Below the pieces are notes generated by a model that had not been told where the DNA came from, made no database searches, and saw only the letters and a list, made by a program, of their open reading frames with translations. From assembly GCA_019721075.1 (NCBI GenBank), contig JAHEAD010000003.1:62001-126000 (forward strand): DNA of 64,000 nucleotides, given 5' to 3'. How positions within the stretch are numbered: position 1 is the stretch's first letter; every line of letters begins with the position of its first letter. This DNA comes from Candidatus Sysuiplasma jiujiangense. Lineage in GTDB: Archaea; Thermoplasmatota; Thermoplasmata; Sysuiplasmatales; Sysuiplasmataceae. Positions 59,770 to 64,000 of the stretch are shown piece by piece. Made by a program: the position numbers and the translations under genes.

Positions 59770-60825
59770 TTGAAGATCGTTGAACTGAATCCTTTTTTCC
59801 TGCCATATGACGGTGGAATCGAAAAAAGGATTGCAGCGATTGCCTACAGACTGTCGAAAAGGCATGAAGTCACGGTAATAACATCAAAGCTGCCTGGCAC
59901 GCCGGACAAGGAACAGATTGCTGGCGCAAATGTGATACGATTGCCAAGCAGGTTCTTCGGAAACTACAATCCGCCATGGGTTATTAGCCGGGACGTGGAG
60001 AAAACGCTGATTGAAACCGGAGCCGATGTCGTCGATTATCACTACCGCTGGTCTCCGTCCTACAATCGTGCCTTCTTCAGATATGGCGGAAACAGGGTTG
60101 TAACATTCCATAATCAGTTCGGCGAAGGAACAGGTATGCTCGGGTTTGCCAGCAGAATCAACGACTCCCTGTATATCAGGAGAGCGGGGATGCTCCCTAT
60201 AATGACCATTTCGGATTTTGTCAGGAGACAGTTGCTTGCAAGGGGGTGCAGGGAGAGCAGCGTTGAAGTGGTTTACAACGGAATAGATATGCCGGAATCA
60301 GAAACGACGGATGAAGGTTTCGCCCTGTTTATCGGCAGACTCGTCTCCACCAAGGGCGTGGATAGAGCGGTTAAGGCATGCATGAGAAGCGGCGTCCCGC
60401 TGAAAGTGGCAGGAACCGGCCCTCTGATGAAAAAGCTGCGAAGCGTGGCAGGCGGCAGCGGGACTGTTGAATTCCTTGGACATGTGAGCGAGGCGGAAAA
60501 GGAAAGACTGCTGTCGTCATGCTCTTTTTTCATACTCCCTTCGGTTCAGGAGGCGTTCGGTATAGCCGCGCTGGAGGCAATGGCTCATGGAAAGGCTGTA
60601 GTGGCATCGAATACCGGAGGACTGGCGGAAGTAATAGGAGAGACGGGAATCCTGGTGGACTGCGGCAGCGAAATCGGGCTGTCGGATGCCGTGTCTGATT
60701 TGTGGAAGAATGAGGAAAGGAGACGGGAGATGGGTGCAATGGCCCTACAGCGAGCCAGGCAGTTTTCCTGGGATTCCTCTGTCAGGAATGTGGAGAAGTT
60801 CTACCTCCGCGCCGTTGAACGTTGA
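59770..60825 (+). CDS. Glycosyltransferase family 4
   Basis: PYDGGIE, FIGRLVSTKG, EAFGIAALEAM. Confidence 0.92.
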   Translation: MKIVELNPFFLPYDGGIEKRIAAIAYRLSKRHEVTVITSKLPGTPDKEQIAGANVIRLPSRFFGNYNPPWVISRDVEKTLIETGADVVDYHYRWSPSYNRAFFRYGGNRVVTFHNQFGEGTGMLGFASRINDSLYIRRAGMLPIMTISDFVRRQLLARGCRESSVEVVYNGIDMPESETTDEGFALFIGRLVSTKGVDRAVKACMRSGVPLKVAGTGPLMKKLRSVAGGSGTVEFLGHVSEAEKERLLSSCSFFILPSVQEAFGIAALEAMAHGKAVVASNTGGLAEVIGETGILVDCGSEIGLSDAVSDLWKNEERRREMGAMALQRARQFSWDSSVRNVEKFYLRAVER

Positions 60826-61791
60826 ACGTTCCGGAGAAACGAGCGAATAGGATGGCGTTCCGGCGCTCTTTGAAGTGTTGGGATTGTATATGTACGTCAC
60901 AGTGACGGTAAAAATCAGCGTTCTGCCGACGACCGGTCTGTTGAAATTCAGTGTAGCCGTACCGTTTGAGTTCAGCGACCACACCGTGAAAGTGTCTGCT
61001 GTTTCGTTCCTTCCTCCGGCGTTCTTTACCATTGAAATGGGGATTTCGTTGTAAAGGGTTATTCTGCCGGTTCCATTGTTTGCCGAGCTGTCAACCGATA
61101 TAACCTTGACGGGCCATCCGGCATAACCCGGCTGGACAGTCGAATTGTAGGTGTAGGGGTAAATGGTCTGACCCTGATAGGGCAGGTAATCATATGTAAC
61201 CGTCCCGCTGACGTTATAGACTACACTGTCTTTCCAGTGCCAGAAGGGATCGGTGAAGCTCACTCCCGGATTCGGCTCCTGTCCGAATGTGTTCGAAAAA
61301 ACAGTACTGTTCATCGTATGGACAATGGTAATATTCTGGTATATCGGCAGATACAACAGGAGAGAGGCATTCAGCGCGCCGTAGCCTTCCGAAGGAGGGA
61401 TCACAAGTGTCCTTGTCTCGTTGACGTGCATTCCTATTATGCCCTGATCCATGCCCTTTATGACCTGTCCTGTCCCGACGTTACTGACGTTCAGTGGCGT
61501 GTAGGCGGAAGCATTACCTCGCCACTGAAAACCCGGACCCTTGACATAGGAGCCGTTGTTTATCGCTACGGAATGGATGGATGTGTCAAAAACCTGACCG
61601 TTCGTATACTGGCCAATATAGTTGAGCAGCACGCTGTCGCCATTCTGCACAGTAAGCTGCCTGACAGCCTTAGACGAAGTGAAATACTGATATCCGGAAT
61701 ATCCGACAAGCGCAAGGCCGATAAGCAGCAGCACGACTACTGTCGCGCCGGCTTTTGAAATCCTCCGTACCCTGCCGGATGTGTCGTTCAT
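60745..61791 (-). CDS. Membrane-anchored FKBP-type peptidyl-prolyl isomerase with a large insert
   Basis: N-terminal TM helix, GDSVLLNYIG...GQVFDTS, GQVIKGMDQGIIGM, IPPSEGYG, then an insert, then LNFNRPVVGRTLIFTVTV. Confidence 0.85.
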   Translation of the reverse strand: MNDTSGRVRRISKAGATVVVLLLIGLALVGYSGYQYFTSSKAVRQLTVQNGDSVLLNYIGQYTNGQVFDTSIHSVAINNGSYVKGPGFQWRGNASAYTPLNVSNVGTGQVIKGMDQGIIGMHVNETRTLVIPPSEGYGALNASLLLYLPIYQNITIVHTMNSTVFSNTFGQEPNPGVSFTDPFWHWKDSVVYNVSGTVTYDYLPYQGQTIYPYTYNSTVQPGYAGWPVKVISVDSSANNGTGRITLYNEIPISMVKNAGGRNETADTFTVWSLNSNGTATLNFNRPVVGRTLIFTVTVTYIYNPNTSKSAGTPSYSLVSPERSTFNGAEVELLHIPDRGIPGKLPGSL

Positions 61792-61847
61792 GGCGGACCT
61801 TTTAAATTCATCATGCTAATAAAGCTTCTCTGCAATCCCTTCCGGGC

Positions 61848-63176
61848 GTGCAGGCAGCAGGGGTGCGAATCGGTTTGAAAGAATTGTTTTCATCGGTCAG
61901 CAGCATATTCGATGCCGGCGAAGAGGGCAGGACATACAGGTTGCGCGGCTGGATATACAGGACTCGCAGCAGCGGATCTATCGTATTCGTCGTAGTGAGG
62001 GATGCTACCGGCATAATTCAGTGCACGGTTAAAAAGTCGGAGCTTCCCGAAGCAGATTTTCAGAATGCAACACGGGCACTGATCGAGTCCTCGGTTGAAG
62101 CCGAAGGCGTACTGAGGAAGGATAAAAGGGCGCCGGGGGGTTATGAGCTGGTTGCAAGATCGTTTAAGGTTGTTTCATTTTCGGAACCGTTCCCGATAAC
62201 CGAGAACCAGAGCGAGCCGTTTCTGCTCGACAACAGACATCTCTGGATAAGATCAAGGGAACAGATCGCCATAATGAAAGTGAAGGAGGAGGTTTTGCGT
62301 TCGGCGAGGGAATGGTTTCATGAAAACAGATTCACAGAGGTGACGCCGCCGATACTCACAACTAATGCCTGCGAGGGGGGAACCACACTTTTTTCACTGA
62401 AATATTTCGATGAAAATGCATACCTCAGCCAGAGTGCGCAGATGTACCTTGAGGCCATAACCTTCAGCCTGGAAAGGGTTTTTGCGGTAACGCCTTCATT
62501 CAGGGCGGAGAAATCGAGAACGCCGAGACATCTGACAGAATACTGGCATCTCGAGGGAGAGGAGGCATGGGTCAGAAACGATGAAAACATGGATATACAG
62601 GAGGAACTGGTCTCATACATCGTCCAGAATGCCGTTGCAAGGAAAAGGGAGGAGCTTGAACTGCTGAAAAGAGATACGGCGGACCTCCTTCTTGTCAGGC
62701 CGCCGTTCGCAAGGATTACCTATGCAAAGGCAATAGAAATACTGCGGGATAAGGGAATGAAAGCAGAATGGGGGGACGACTTCGGGACAGAGGAAGAGAG
62801 AAAGCTGACTGAGGACAGCAGAATACCTGTATTCATAACAAATTTTCCGAAGGAGGTCAAAGCTTTCTATATGAAGGAGGACGAAGAGGATCCAAGAACA
62901 TACAGATGCGCAGATCTTATCGCGCCCGGCGGATTCGGCGAAATTATAGGGGGCAGCGAAAGAGAGACCGACGTGAAAAAGATGCTGGAGAGAATGAACG
63001 CGCAGTCCATACCGCTCGAACCCTACCGGTGGTATCTGGATTTGAGAAAGTACGGTTCGGTACCGCATTCAGGTTTCGGACTTGGTGTCGAAAGGATCGT
63101 GAGATGGATTTGCGGACTTGAACATATAAGGGATGCTGTTCCGTTTCCCCGTACTCCTTCCAGAATCTATCCGTAA
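61848..63176 (+). CDS. asnS: Asparagine--tRNA ligase
   Basis: RGWIYR OB fold, CEGGTTLF, YLSQSAQMYLE, FRAEKSRTPRHLTEYW, EIIGGSERE, PHSGFGLGVER. Start uncertain. Confidence 0.93.
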   Translation: MQAAGVRIGLKELFSSVSSIFDAGEEGRTYRLRGWIYRTRSSGSIVFVVVRDATGIIQCTVKKSELPEADFQNATRALIESSVEAEGVLRKDKRAPGGYELVARSFKVVSFSEPFPITENQSEPFLLDNRHLWIRSREQIAIMKVKEEVLRSAREWFHENRFTEVTPPILTTNACEGGTTLFSLKYFDENAYLSQSAQMYLEAITFSLERVFAVTPSFRAEKSRTPRHLTEYWHLEGEEAWVRNDENMDIQEELVSYIVQNAVARKREELELLKRDTADLLLVRPPFARITYAKAIEILRDKGMKAEWGDDFGTEEERKLTEDSRIPVFITNFPKEVKAFYMKEDEEDPRTYRCADLIAPGGFGEIIGGSERETDVKKMLERMNAQSIPLEPYRWYLDLRKYGSVPHSGFGLGVERIVRWICGLEHIRDAVPFPRTPSRIYP

Positions 63177-63183
63177 GTATGCT

Positions 63184-63999
63184 CTATCGCCTTACGAAGG
63201 GCGGCTTTACTATTTCCGCAGGTATGCTTTTCCCCCTGGTATCGATTGAAACAGCTGTTCCGACAGGCGGCGGGGGTTTCGCATAGCCCATGGCGACCGG
63301 AGCTGAGAGTACAGGCGAAAAACCTCCGCTTGTTATCTGACCGGAGCCGCCTTCGAATGTGAACCTGTCCCCATGCCGTGGAATCGATTTGCCTCTGACG
63401 AGAAGGCAGGTCAGACGGCTGTAACCGCCCGCATTCTTCTGCTCCAGGAGAGCTTCCCTGCCTATGAAATCATGATCCCACTTGACGACCCAGCTGTATC
63501 CGGTCTCAAGCGTAGTCTGGGAGCCGTCAAAATCCGTTCCGGAGAGCAGATATCCCTTCTCAAGTCTGAGCGAGTCCCTGGCACCAAGACCTGCAGGACG
63601 CATCCCGGTTGCCGCACCCTGGGCAAGTATACCGTTCCAGAGTTTCGGTCCATCGCGGTCTGAAGTGAACAATTCAAAACCGTCTTCGCCGGTGTAGCCG
63701 GTCCTTGACACATAAAATCCGGACGAACCGACTGCTTTCTCGAAGCCGCCTGTCCAGTTGTCCGAAAAGGCGCCATGAAAAGAGGGAAGGGAACGGGCGG
63801 AGGGCATGAACCTGGACACAGATTCGACTGCGCGCGGTCCCTGAACGGCAATGCAGCATACACTGCTGCTCAGATTCAACACATCGCAGTCCGCATTCCT
63901 GGATACCCAGCTGAAGACTTCGTCTGTTTTCGAGGCATTGGGAACGATGAGGAATTCCTCTTCGCCCGTACGGGTTGCGATCGTATCATCGATTATCCT
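63184..63999 (-). CDS. gcvT: Glycine cleavage system T protein (aminomethyltransferase); 5' end outside window
   Basis: Frame open to the window edge (RIIDDTI...LIVPNA). AVQGP, SRTGYTGEDGFEL, GLGARDSLRLEKG, GQITSGGFSP. Confidence 0.92.
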   Translation of the reverse strand, partial: RIIDDTIATRTGEEEFLIVPNASKTDEVFSWVSRNADCDVLNLSSSVCCIAVQGPRAVESVSRFMPSARSLPSFHGAFSDNWTGGFEKAVGSSGFYVSRTGYTGEDGFELFTSDRDGPKLWNGILAQGAATGMRPAGLGARDSLRLEKGYLLSGTDFDGSQTTLETGYSWVVKWDHDFIGREALLEQKNAGGYSRLTCLLVRGKSIPRHGDRFTFEGGSGQITSGGFSPVLSAPVAMGYAKPPPPVGTAVSIDTRGKSIPAEIVKPPFVRR

Positions 64000-64000
64000 G

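Overview
This is archaeal chromosomal DNA, most likely class Thermoplasmata. That placement is inferred from bacterial-type gyrB/gyrA occurring together with TFB, VAT/CDC48, eL10/uL16, archaeal type II GAPDH, archaeal-type ThrRS, AsnRS, FtsZ and a single-OB-fold SSB. Most of the window is gene-dense housekeeping sequence: gyrase, pgk/gap, tRNA ligases, tfb, ftsZ, vat, PiT phosphate transport, glycosyltransferases and a partial gcvT. An intron-containing tRNA-Phe(GAA) is also present. The 7-34 kb region is rich in cell-surface genes. It holds a KaiC-like ATPase, a coiled-coil/double-zinc-ribbon protein and a 1883-aa membrane-anchored surface protein with cytoplasmic zinc ribbons, followed by a type IV pilus operon with two ATPases, an IS1634-family remnant, a 650-aa pilin-like adhesin and a zinc-ribbon/coiled-coil/KaiC fusion. 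The best candidate for an undescribed system is this KaiC / coiled-coil / zinc-ribbon / surface-protein network, seen here in both split and fused form. Two intergenic segments (about 37.4-37.57 kb and 44.24-44.35 kb) can fold into pseudoknotted RNAs that I cannot assign to a known family. All calls come from reading motifs by eye; no database search was run.
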